This document shows, in pieces, positions 56,601-64,000 of a stretch of 64,000 bases of DNA. The stretch is from Methanobacteriota archaeon (GTDB lineage: Archaea; JAADCQ01; Methanopyri; Methanopyrales; Methanopyraceae). Under the pieces are notes generated by a model. That model was not told the origin of the DNA, did no database searches, and saw nothing but the letters and a program-made list of their open reading frames with translations. Made by a program: the position numbers and the translations under genes. Each line of letters opens with the position of its first letter. The stretch's first letter is position 1. The stretch is taken from contig JAMOPO010000015.1 of NCBI GenBank assembly GCA_027064425.1, positions 32,001-96,000 on the forward strand. Direction: 5' to 3'.

Positions 56601-59192
56601 CAGGCCCTCGACGAGTACGTCCGCTGGAAGGACCTGCAGGACTACTACGGCTGGAGGCCCGCCGTTAGCAACCCTGCGACCAAGGTGTTTTGGAAGGTCG
56701 CGTCCAGGCTGGTGGAGATCGCCGAGCGCGCGGTCCGTGCCACGTTCGGGGCGGTCCGGGAGGACGACAGTCACGCGCACCTGCTCGCGGAGGCCGTGGC
56801 CACGCTTTACCGGATCTACGTCCACTACCTGCGCTCAGGGAGCGAGGAGCTCGAGAACCTGCTGCGGGGCCTGGACGGCCGCTTCGTCCCGCCCGGCCTG
56901 CTGGGCGAGCCGATGTGGAACCCGGCCGTGCTGCCCACGGGTCGCGACGGGTACCCGATTGACCCCAGCATGCTGCCGACGCCGACGGCCTGGGAGGTGG
57001 CCAAGCGGCTCGTGGACGAGTTCCTGGCGCGGTACTACAGGGAGCATCGCTCCTGGCCGGAGGCCGTCGGTGTGGTGATCTGGGGCGTGCACGAGCTCTG
57101 CACGGGCGGCCTGAACATCGCGATGGTCCTGTACCTGCTCGGCGTCCGTCCGGTTTGGGACCCGGACACGGGCCGGGTGATCGGCGTCGAGCTGATCCCG
57201 CTGAAGGATCTCACGGTGAACGTGGACGGGGTGCCGGTGCGCCGGCCGCGGATCGACGTGGTCGTGTGGGCCGCCCTGCACATGGAGGCGCCTCTGAAGC
57301 TACTCGCCGACGCGTTCTACCTGGTCTCGCACGTGGATGAGCCCCCGGCGTGGAACTACCGCCGGAAGCACTACCTGGAGCTGAAGCCGGTGGTCGTGGA
57401 GGAGCTCAGGAGGAAGGGTCACCCGGCCGAAGAGGCCGAGGAGCTGGCGGACGTGATCGCCTCCAGCGGGTACTTCGCGCAGCCGCCCGGGGTCTTCACG
57501 GGCGCGGGCGCCTCGGACGTCGTGGAGCACGCGTGGACGGACGTGTCCGGCACGGTCGGAGTGCTGGAGAGCGCGAGCGAGGCCCTGCGGGAGTTCCAGC
57601 GGAGGTTCTGGGAGAGGTTCCGGGTGGCCTGTGAGGCGCGGATGGCCTACGTCTACGGAGCGCGGGCGCGAATCGTGATCGTTCGGCAGGGTGAGCGGGT
57701 CCGCGTGATGGTCCTTCGAACCAGCACGGACGAGGTCTACCACGCGATCCCAGCGGTCACCGCGTTCCGCTACCTGATGTCCAAGGTCCAGGCGGTGCTG
57801 CACAGCGTGGTGAACACCTGGGGCCTGATCGACACCGACGACTTCTACGACTGGGTGGGCGGGATGGCCCTGTACGCCACCTTCGCCTCCGGGCGCGCCC
57901 CGGAGGTGTACATCGCCAACGCCATCGACCCGACCGCGGCCAGGACCCTGTCCGCCTTCGAGCAGCTGGCCGGGGAGGTGTACACGAAGCTCCTGAGCCC
58001 GTCCTGGTGGGGGGCGATGCTCGAGCACGGCGACTACGGCTGGTCCCGGATCGCGCGGCGAATCGAGTACCTGGCCGGCTGGGGCGTTACCGTCCCGTCG
58101 ATGAGGCCCTACCTCAACGGGCTGTACACTCGGGTCGCGGGGAAGCTCCTGGAGGAGATCGCGAGACACCCGCCCAGGACGGAGTACGGGTGGGCCGCGG
58201 TCGTGTCCTCGCTGGCCTGGTTCGTGGAGCTGGCGAGAGTGGGCGTCTGGCAGCCGAAGGATAGGACCGTGCTCGCGAAGGTGGCCCGCGCGCTGCTCGA
58301 GGTGATGGCCCGCCACGGGCCGGCCACCTGCCACCACACGAGTCCGAACCCGGCCCTGATCGCGTACAGCGTCCGGACCCTGTTGGAGGCGGGGTACTCG
58401 TACTCCGAGGTGTCCGGGCTGGTGAGTCGGGTGCTGCAGTGGTACCAGCGGCTGGACAACCCGACCATCGTGCAGCAGATCCGGGCCCTGCTACGGGAGG
58501 TTCTACAGCGGTTCGGGGCCGGCACCACCTCCCGGACGTCGGGCCGCTCCACGGTCGCTCGCGCCGGTCGGGCGACCGCGATCAACGCCAGCGGGGTCAG
58601 CGCCCGGGCCCCGGGCGCCTCCGGCCGGGTCGTGAGCGGTGGGCGGGGGGCGCAGGCCCCCGGAGCGGCGCCGAGCTCGGCGGCGTCTGGGGTGGTTTCA
58701 CGGGCCTTAAGGGCCGTGAGGAGCGTCGCTGAGGCAGTCCGGGCGGTGGTCTCATCGCGGAGCTCCGCGGTGCCGTCCGCCGCCGAAGCCGCCACCAGGG
58801 TGATGGCGCGGGTGGTTGGAGGCGGAGCGGCCGGCCCCGCGGGCCGGACGGGCTCGGGTCTGGGTGGTAAGGGCAGGGTGACCGTGGTGGGCGTTCGTGG
58901 CTCCCCGCTCTCGGGCCGGCCGAGCTCTGGGCGGTCGGGGGCGGGCTCAGCCGGGTCCCGGGCGGCCTCGGCCGCCGCGTCGGTCGCGGCCAGGGTGGCC
59001 GCTCGGGCCTCCGCCGAGTCGGCGCGGGCGGTCGCGTCGACGGCGGCGAGGGTGATGTCGAGGGCCGCGTCGCCGGCCTCGGCGTCGTCGAGGAGGATCT
59101 GGGAGTGGGTGCTGGCGCTGCTGCTCACCGCGCTGGTCGTCTGCGGGTGCGTGGCGGCCCGTCGGGTGGGCCCGGTGGGTGCGCGCTGGTGA
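53670..59192 (+). CDS. Exported CobN/Mg-chelatase H-like protein with a low-complexity linker and C-terminal TM anchor
   Basis: Signal peptide; YCYPPG..IGASYLD, QPVRGW, HVGTHGTLEWLPG, LPTGR, RPRIDV, DDFYDWVGG; Ala/Ser/Arg linker; WVLALLLTALVVCG. Confidence 0.9.
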   Translation: MIQVVSALLLALLVVQSPVSAAPVGPVEITIFGNAAKGSPEEVKLVEETVYSDLGIRVKLHVHNVLVSWGDQSAPVDFDALARDIERSQIVVLDNMGPLPGPFVEELSSRVLGHPVTDVSSFFRELARRKRLVACVTGDQHDFILLGPGCRRICDNTAAVANLGFLFRFSDSLVPVVEYLLWLAYPDVPAERLRLSSIRVSFVAAYVPGRGWVFPEVSGAELERAYHEWLRRLESGRGGGLWFEVRMAILPSWVRGLRERCLGFLKGLNLPTRRLVVVLDYVDALYKGEADLVVRIVEAVRSELERAGLKDVGVIALLCDGNVVSPVDYQGTGLLQELRRLGYEVAAVVSLWAFTMNYPDSAAWALMELDAPVIKVVYPFWADWLCEPWRYLNMERGSPDTGLTGAVFEWSYQVVGGPELEGAFWFKLCALKRTGEMRLLPLRDVIEDLARLVTGFVRLRYLPESRKRVAFILYCYPPGRDAIGASYLDVFRSLINVLTAMVERGYDLGPATPLFRTLAELRRRDPGAAEEFEERLAHALMEAADLVLKNVGPWAKGELAEMVRLYRGGRAERVIRWRSGEMRVTVEGGRVVWVDVDGRSYVLGTVGPDQLVPVEELERWYREDVLPRFRYYLSLLQGDDERVRRARESLERWMRAVERCFGPPTDNRGIMRWGRHYVIPALRLGNVVIMLQPVRGWSGSPELVYHSPDLPPQWQYIAAYEWLRRVFRADAVVHVGTHGTLEWLPGHQVGLLGVDWSHLLLPDVPHFYIYIVSNPGEAMVAKYRSGPVLLTHLPPAWSYFRDFKRYGRLWREITHYLQLRMIGGDPRVMGEIRRRIVEEAERLGLLRTVVDAILSEQGGGTAQDPRRWALEHFDEFVDKLHDFLLELALSNVAYGLHVYGRDPDPEVALEEASALASSMIKVNAVFAYYAGLIGYPDPGELERFRAERPDEFVTFKTRLRECLRRILSEVIRDPVLVQALDEYVRWKDLQDYYGWRPAVSNPATKVFWKVASRLVEIAERAVRATFGAVREDDSHAHLLAEAVATLYRIYVHYLRSGSEELENLLRGLDGRFVPPGLLGEPMWNPAVLPTGRDGYPIDPSMLPTPTAWEVAKRLVDEFLARYYREHRSWPEAVGVVIWGVHELCTGGLNIAMVLYLLGVRPVWDPDTGRVIGVELIPLKDLTVNVDGVPVRRPRIDVVVWAALHMEAPLKLLADAFYLVSHVDEPPAWNYRRKHYLELKPVVVEELRRKGHPAEEAEELADVIASSGYFAQPPGVFTGAGASDVVEHAWTDVSGTVGVLESASEALREFQRRFWERFRVACEARMAYVYGARARIVIVRQGERVRVMVLRTSTDEVYHAIPAVTAFRYLMSKVQAVLHSVVNTWGLIDTDDFYDWVGGMALYATFASGRAPEVYIANAIDPTAARTLSAFEQLAGEVYTKLLSPSWWGAMLEHGDYGWSRIARRIEYLAGWGVTVPSMRPYLNGLYTRVAGKLLEEIARHPPRTEYGWAAVVSSLAWFVELARVGVWQPKDRTVLAKVARALLEVMARHGPATCHHTSPNPALIAYSVRTLLEAGYSYSEVSGLVSRVLQWYQRLDNPTIVQQIRALLREVLQRFGAGTTSRTSGRSTVARAGRATAINASGVSARAPGASGRVVSGGRGAQAPGAAPSSAASGVVSRALRAVRSVAEAVRAVVSSRSSAVPSAAEAATRVMARVVGGGAAGPAGRTGSGLGGKGRVTVVGVRGSPLSGRPSSGRSGAGSAGSRAASAAASVAARVAARASAESARAVASTAARVMSRAASPASASSRRIWEWVLALLLTALVVCGCVAARRVGPVGARW

Positions 59193-59196
59193 TGGG

Positions 59197-60486
59197 TCAG
59201 TCGAGGAGGTGCTCGGCCAGGGTCCTGGCGGCCTCTCGGGTGTGCTCCCGCGGGACCACGACGCTGACGGCGACGGCCCCGTAGGCGCTGCCCAGCAGGT
59301 CGAACCCGTCGCAGGATGATAGGAACGTGGACACATCCCTGGGCGACATTCCCTCGCCGACGACCGTCACGAGGCCGACCTCCTCCCGGACCTCCCAGTC
59401 GTAGTCGAGCTCGCGTAGGGCCTCTCGGGCCTCGTCCACGCTCCGCTCCTCGATCAGGATGTTGATGCACGGCTCGGAGGCGGTGGTGAGGAGGGCCAGG
59501 ATGTTCACCCCGTGGTCACCCAGGCGGGTGGTCACGGTCCCGATCACGCCGGGCTCGTCCATCATTCGGGCGCCCGTCACCTGGATGAGGGCGACGTCCT
59601 CGCGCGAGGCGACGACCTTGGGGCCGGGCTCGGTCTCCTCGGAGATCACGGTGCCCACGTTGGCCGTGCGGGAGTTGCCGATCAGGACCTTGACCCCGAG
59701 GTTCTTCGCGGCCTCTACGGCCTTGGGGTGGATGACCTCGGCCCCGGAGGCGCCGGCCATCATGGCCTCCTCGTAGGAGAGCCGCTCGACGACGCGGGCC
59801 TCGGCGAGGTCCGGGTCCGTGGTCATGATGCCGTCCACGTCGGTCCAGATGAGGGCGCGGACCCCGAGGATGCCGGCGAGCACGGTGGCGGTGTAGTCCG
59901 AGCCGCCGCGGCCGAGGGTCGTGATGTGACCGCGCTCGGACCGGCCTATGAAGCCGGTCACGATGGGGACGCGGCCGGCGCGGAGGTCGCTCATGAGCTT
60001 GGATCGGGTGCCCTCCCAGCGGATGATGTCGGCGTTGCCCGGGCGGTCGGTGGTGACGAGGCCGATCTCCCAGGAATCGTACGCGACGGCCCGGATCCCG
60101 CGCTCGCGGAGGTAGGCGGCGATTAACCGGGCGGAGGCGCGCTCGCCGAGGGCTAGGACCAGGTCCTTGAGCCGGTCCTCGGGCCGCTCGAGCTGCTCGA
60201 GAACCGTGGCGACGCCTTCGAGCAGCGTCTCCATCTTGCGGAGGAACTCGCGGACCTCTCGGTGCTCCTCCTCCAGGTGTTCGGCGATGAAGCGCTCGTG
60301 CTCCTCGATGATGGGATCGGGGTCCGCGGCGCCCCTGCAGGCGTCTTGGATGAACTGCTCGAGCGCGTCGGTGACCCCGGCGAGGGCGGAGACGACCACG
60401 ACGTTGCCCGAGGTGGCGGAGGCTTCCAGGGTCTGGAGGCCTTCCTCGGACGACACCGAGGTGCCTCCGAACTTGTGTACCTCCAT
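59197..60486 (-). CDS. lysC: Aspartate kinase
   Basis: VHKFGGTSV, VVSAL.GVTD, TTLGRGGSDYTA, WTDVDG..TTDP, ACT domains. Confidence 0.95.
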   Translation of the reverse strand: MEVHKFGGTSVSSEEGLQTLEASATSGNVVVVSALAGVTDALEQFIQDACRGAADPDPIIEEHERFIAEHLEEEHREVREFLRKMETLLEGVATVLEQLERPEDRLKDLVLALGERASARLIAAYLRERGIRAVAYDSWEIGLVTTDRPGNADIIRWEGTRSKLMSDLRAGRVPIVTGFIGRSERGHITTLGRGGSDYTATVLAGILGVRALIWTDVDGIMTTDPDLAEARVVERLSYEEAMMAGASGAEVIHPKAVEAAKNLGVKVLIGNSRTANVGTVISEETEPGPKVVASREDVALIQVTGARMMDEPGVIGTVTTRLGDHGVNILALLTTASEPCINILIEERSVDEAREALRELDYDWEVREEVGLVTVVGEGMSPRDVSTFLSSCDGFDLLGSAYGAVAVSVVVPREHTREAARTLAEHLLD

Positions 60487-60501
60487 CACGGCTCCCGCCG
60501 C

Positions 60502-60529
60502 ATCGTTATGATTTTCGTAACGATTCCGG
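60502..60529. repeat. Palindromic element, copy 3
   Basis: Minus strand CCGGAATCGTTACGA-AAA-TCATAACGAT immediately 3' of the tRNA-Ser CCA. Confidence 0.82.
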
Positions 60530-60530
60530 C

Positions 60531-60621
60531 TGGCGCCGGGGCCGGGATTTGAACCCGGGCGGCCCATACGGGCCACGGGATCTCCAATCCCGCGCCTTGG
60601 ACCGGGCTCGGCCGCCCCGGC
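60531..60621 (-). tRNA. tRNA-Ser(GGA) with long variable arm, encoded CCA and C at position 8
   Basis: GCCGGGG-C-G-GCCGAGCCCGGTCCAAGGC-G-CGGGA-TTGGAGA-TCCCG-variable arm-CCGGG-TTCAAAT-CCCGG-CCCCGGC-GCCA; TTTTAAT upstream. Confidence 0.97.
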
Positions 60622-60659
60622 GCCTCCGTGCCCGCTCCCCGCCGGCTGGATTAAAACGG

Positions 60660-62564
60660 TTACGGTACCGTCTGGACCCTGATCTCCCGCCCCTGGTGCA
60701 GGGCGCGCTCGAGCCGCTCGCCCACCGAGGTCTCCTTGCTCACCCGGACCTCTCCCTTCGACCCGACGGTGGCCGTGAACACGTACTCGTCCTCCACGAA
60801 CACCTTCACCGGCCGGCCCGCGAACCGCTCGCCGACGTGGAGCCGGATGTACTCACCGTCGTCCACGACCTCTAGGGGGAACTCCTCGCCCGACTCCACC
60901 TCGATCACCCTTCCCTCCGACTGTTGAGGTCCCTGAGGTCCCGGGGACTCCTGCCCTCCCCCCTCCCGCTCCTCGAGCGGCTTGACCACGATCTTCAGGC
61001 CGGTGCGGCGCTCGATCTGCTCGACGTTGCGGCCCCGCTTCCCGATGACCATGGGGACGACGTTCTCGGGTACGTAGACGGTGGCCTGGGAGCCCTTCAC
61101 CTCGACCTCCACCGGCACGCGCCCGCCCACGAACTTGCGCACCTCCCGCTCGATGACCTCCGCCGCGAGGCGCTCGGAGGGGGTTTCCTTCTCCTCGGCC
61201 TCCTTGACCGGGACGACGAAGACCTCCTCGCCGTACGTGTAGATCTCGTACTCCAGCTCGCCGGTCTCGAAGTCGCGCACCTCGACCACCGGTCGCGCGA
61301 GGTCCTCCTCCGTCATCCCCGTCGGGACCTTGACCGTCATGGAGACGTCGTACACCTTCTTGATCTCGCCGTCCTCGATGAAGATCACCGTGTCGACGAC
61401 CTGCGGGATGAGGCCCAGCTCGACCCGGCCGATGAGGCGCTGGATCGCGTCGATGGGCCGGGTCGCGTGCACGACGCCGATCATGCCCACGCCGGCGAGC
61501 CGCATGTCGGCGAAGACCTCGAAGTCCTTGGTCTTGCGCACCTCGTCGTAGATCGTGTAGTCCGGGCGGACGAGTAGCAGGATGTCCGCGGTCTTCTCCA
61601 TGTCCCCGTCCAGCGGGGCGTACTGAGTGATCTCGTCGCCCACCTGCAGGTCGCGCGGGCTCTCCATCGTCTTCACGATCTTGCCCTGCTTGGCGTAGAA
61701 CTCGGCCAGCGCCGCGCAGAACGTGGACTTACCGGAGCCGGGCGGTCCGGCGACCAGGATACCCTCCGCCTGCTCCTTCAGCCGCTTCTTCAGCTTGTCC
61801 GAGAGGTCATAGTCGTCCAGGGTGACCTTGACCACGGGCCGGACCGCGGTGATCTCCCAACCCTCGGAGAACGGTGGCCGGGCGATGGAGACTCGGAGGT
61901 CGCGCAGCTGGACGACGGTGGCGCCGCCCCGGTCGATCTCCACGAAGCTGTCCTCGTCGGAGTGGGCCTTCTCGATGATCTCCTGCGCCCAGCGCTCGAG
62001 CTCCTCCCGCGTGCACGGCTCGGGCCGCAGCTCGACGAGCTTCCAGTCTCCGGGCCGTCCGACCTTGGCCATCGGGGGCACGTTCTCCTTGAGGTGCAGG
62101 GACATCGCGTTCTCCGGCATCATCCGCTCGATCTCGGTCTCACCGGTCTTCGTGATCGGTTCGAAGTAGACGACCTCAATACCCTCGGCCTTGGCCACCT
62201 CGGCCTGCACCTTGTCGCTGGTGATCAGCGTCGCGTCGTACTCCTTCGCCACCTCCCGGATCATCGCGTCGATCTCACCGCTCCGGGCCAGCCGGATCTC
62301 CTCGAGCCCGGGCCGCTCGCCCGCGAACTTGACCTCGATGATGCCCTCGTCGGCCAGCTTCTGCAGCTCCTGGAGCTCCCGGAGCCCCGTGAACCCCGTC
62401 TCGCGCCCGCGGTTGGCCTGGTACTCCAGCTCGGAGACCACCGCCTTGGGGACGACGATGACCTTGCCCTCCAGGTACCCTTCCTCAACCAGCCTGGAGA
62501 TGCGGCCGTCCACGATGACGCTCGTGTCGGGTACCACGTGCTTGGTCTTCACCTCGATCTCCAT
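60660..62564 (-). CDS. PINA-type PIN / ATPase / KH protein (Holliday-junction branch migration ATPase)
   Basis: VPDTSV PIN domain, GPPGSGKST, DEVR, HAT..IDAIQR, KH IGKRG. Confidence 0.93.
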   Translation of the reverse strand: MEIEVKTKHVVPDTSVIVDGRISRLVEEGYLEGKVIVVPKAVVSELEYQANRGRETGFTGLRELQELQKLADEGIIEVKFAGERPGLEEIRLARSGEIDAMIREVAKEYDATLITSDKVQAEVAKAEGIEVVYFEPITKTGETEIERMMPENAMSLHLKENVPPMAKVGRPGDWKLVELRPEPCTREELERWAQEIIEKAHSDEDSFVEIDRGGATVVQLRDLRVSIARPPFSEGWEITAVRPVVKVTLDDYDLSDKLKKRLKEQAEGILVAGPPGSGKSTFCAALAEFYAKQGKIVKTMESPRDLQVGDEITQYAPLDGDMEKTADILLLVRPDYTIYDEVRKTKDFEVFADMRLAGVGMIGVVHATRPIDAIQRLIGRVELGLIPQVVDTVIFIEDGEIKKVYDVSMTVKVPTGMTEEDLARPVVEVRDFETGELEYEIYTYGEEVFVVPVKEAEEKETPSERLAAEVIEREVRKFVGGRVPVEVEVKGSQATVYVPENVVPMVIGKRGRNVEQIERRTGLKIVVKPLEEREGGGQESPGPQGPQQSEGRVIEVESGEEFPLEVVDDGEYIRLHVGERFAGRPVKVFVEDEYVFTATVGSKGEVRVSKETSVGERLERALHQGREIRVQTVP

Positions 62565-62593
62565 GGAGTAAGCACCATCCCTTTCGCCTCTTC

Positions 62594-63028
62594 TTATCGC
62601 CCGTAGACCTCATCAGGGTCGAAGACTCGCTCCTCGACGGTCGACAGACGGCCGTCTCGGGTGACGCGCCGGTAGAAGCACGTCTCGTAGCCCCTGTGAC
62701 AGGCTCCCCCCTCCTGCTCGACCAGGTAGAGCAGCGCGTCCTCGTCGCAGTCCACCCGGACCTCCCGAACCTTCTGGACGTGCCCCGACTCCTCCCCCTT
62801 TTTCCAGATTTCTCCCCGTGAAGTACTCCAGTAGTGCGCCAGCCCGGTCACCAGCGTGCGGAACACGGCCTCCTCGTTGGCGAACGCGGTCATGAGCACC
62901 TTGCCCGAGTCCACGTCCTGCGTGACCACCACGACGAGCGGCTCGCCGTTGATCTCGAACCGGTAGTTGAGCCGGGAGGCCAGGCGCTTCGCGGCCTCCT
63001 CATCCAGGGGGAGCTCGACGCCACTCAT
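62594..63028 (-). CDS. hisI: Phosphoribosyl-AMP cyclohydrolase
   Basis: YWSTSR..IW.KGEESGH, DCDED, ACH.G..TCF. Confidence 0.95.
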   Translation of the reverse strand: MSGVELPLDEEAAKRLASRLNYRFEINGEPLVVVVTQDVDSGKVLMTAFANEEAVFRTLVTGLAHYWSTSRGEIWKKGEESGHVQKVREVRVDCDEDALLYLVEQEGGACHRGYETCFYRRVTRDGRLSTVEERVFDPDEVYGR

Positions 63029-64000
63029 ACCTCAGCCGCCCGCTCGATCTCGTCCAGCGGAACCTCCTCCTGATCGCCCGTCTCCAGGTTCTTCACGGAG
63101 ATGTATCCGCCTTCAAGCTCTCGCTCCCCGATGATCACCGCGTAGTCATACCCCTTCGCGTCCGCCATGGAGAGGGCCTTCCGGATGTTCTTGCCCGAGA
63201 CCTCCACGTCCACGACCCAACCCAGCTCCCGGAGCTCCCGGGCCACCTCCCAGACCTTGCCGGACTTGACCAGCGGGATGAGCAGGGCCCGGGTCTCCTC
63301 GAACGCGTCCTCCGGGATCCGGTCGTAAACCTTGAGCGCCATCAGCAGCCGGTCGAATCCGATCGCCATGCCGACGGCGGGCACGTCGGGCCCGCCCAGG
63401 TCCCGGACCAGCGTGTCGTATCGGCCGCCACCGGCGCACTGGGACCCGCCGCCCAGCTCCGGAACGTGGATCTCGAAGACCATGCCCGTGTAGTAATCGA
63501 GGCCCCGGGCGACGGAGAAGTCGAGCTCGTGGTCGACGCCGGCCTCCTTCAGCTGGTCGGAGATCGTGAGGAGGTTCTCGAGCGCCTCCTCGGCCGGCTC
63601 GGCTCCGGAGATGGCCTCCTCCACCTCGTCCACGGACTCCGCGGTGACGATCTGCAGCACGCGCTCGGCCGCGTCCTCGGGCAAGACCTCCCGAACCTCA
63701 TCCAGCTCGCCCTTGTCGACCAGGTGCGCGACCTTGTTCTGCTTCTCCTCGCCGATTCCGTGCTCCTCCAGCAGCCCTCGAAGGATGCCGAGGTGGCCGA
63801 CCCGGGTCTCGAAGGCGTCACTCGGGAGCAGGTCGTCGAAGATCCCGTGGGTGAGCTCGATCACCTCGACGTCCGCCTCGGGCTCGGACGATCCGATGAC
63901 CTCGACACCAGCCTGCCAGAACTCGCGCCATCGACCGCGCTGTGGCTGCTCGTACCGGAAGCAGTTCACGAAGTAGCACAGCTTGAGCGGGTGCGGCCGG
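63025..64000 (-). CDS. hisS: Histidyl-tRNA synthetase, 5' part outside the window
   Basis: [39 protein letters not shown]. Confidence 0.97.
   Translation of the reverse strand, partial: RPHPLKLCYFVNCFRYEQPQRGRWREFWQAGVEVIGSSEPEADVEVIELTHGIFDDLLPSDAFETRVGHLGILRGLLEEHGIGEEKQNKVAHLVDKGELDEVREVLPEDAAERVLQIVTAESVDEVEEAISGAEPAEEALENLLTISDQLKEAGVDHELDFSVARGLDYYTGMVFEIHVPELGGGSQCAGGGRYDTLVRDLGGPDVPAVGMAIGFDRLLMALKVYDRIPEDAFEETRALLIPLVKSGKVWEVARELRELGWVVDVEVSGKNIRKALSMADAKGYDYAVIIGERELEGGYISVKNLETGDQEEVPLDEIERAAEV

Overview
High-GC archaeal DNA, most likely a Methanopyrus (M. kandleri-like) methanogen. The assignment is inferred from methanogenesis genes (fwu/fwd, stand-alone mtrF, cofD, mfnA/mfnE, dmrX), acidic proteins, frequent TTG/GTG starts and a tRNA-Ser gene with C at position 8. 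The window is mostly core genome: the rps13-rps4-rps11-rpoD-rpl18e-rpl13-rps9-rpoN-tRNA-Pro cluster, pyrBI, cofactor biosynthesis, mat, gatD, his genes, modABC-moeA and a tungsten formylmethanofuran dehydrogenase cluster. Several features are not explained by the ORF track. (1) fwuB is one 434-codon selenoprotein gene with two in-frame UGA codons, one at the known W-ligand site and one inside the N-terminal 4Fe-4S motif, followed by a canonical archaeal SECIS. (2) A palindrome, GTTACGA-N3-TCGTAAC, recurs directly behind both tRNAs and brackets a 448-aa secreted gene. (3) There are five box C/D guide sRNAs with CCGA/AUGAGGA variant boxes, some with recognisable 16S targets, and a two-hairpin H/ACA-like RNA. 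(4) A surface-protein island carries an exported CobN-like chelatase. No CRISPR array, transposase or integrase was seen. All family calls come from motif recognition and memory, not from database searches.
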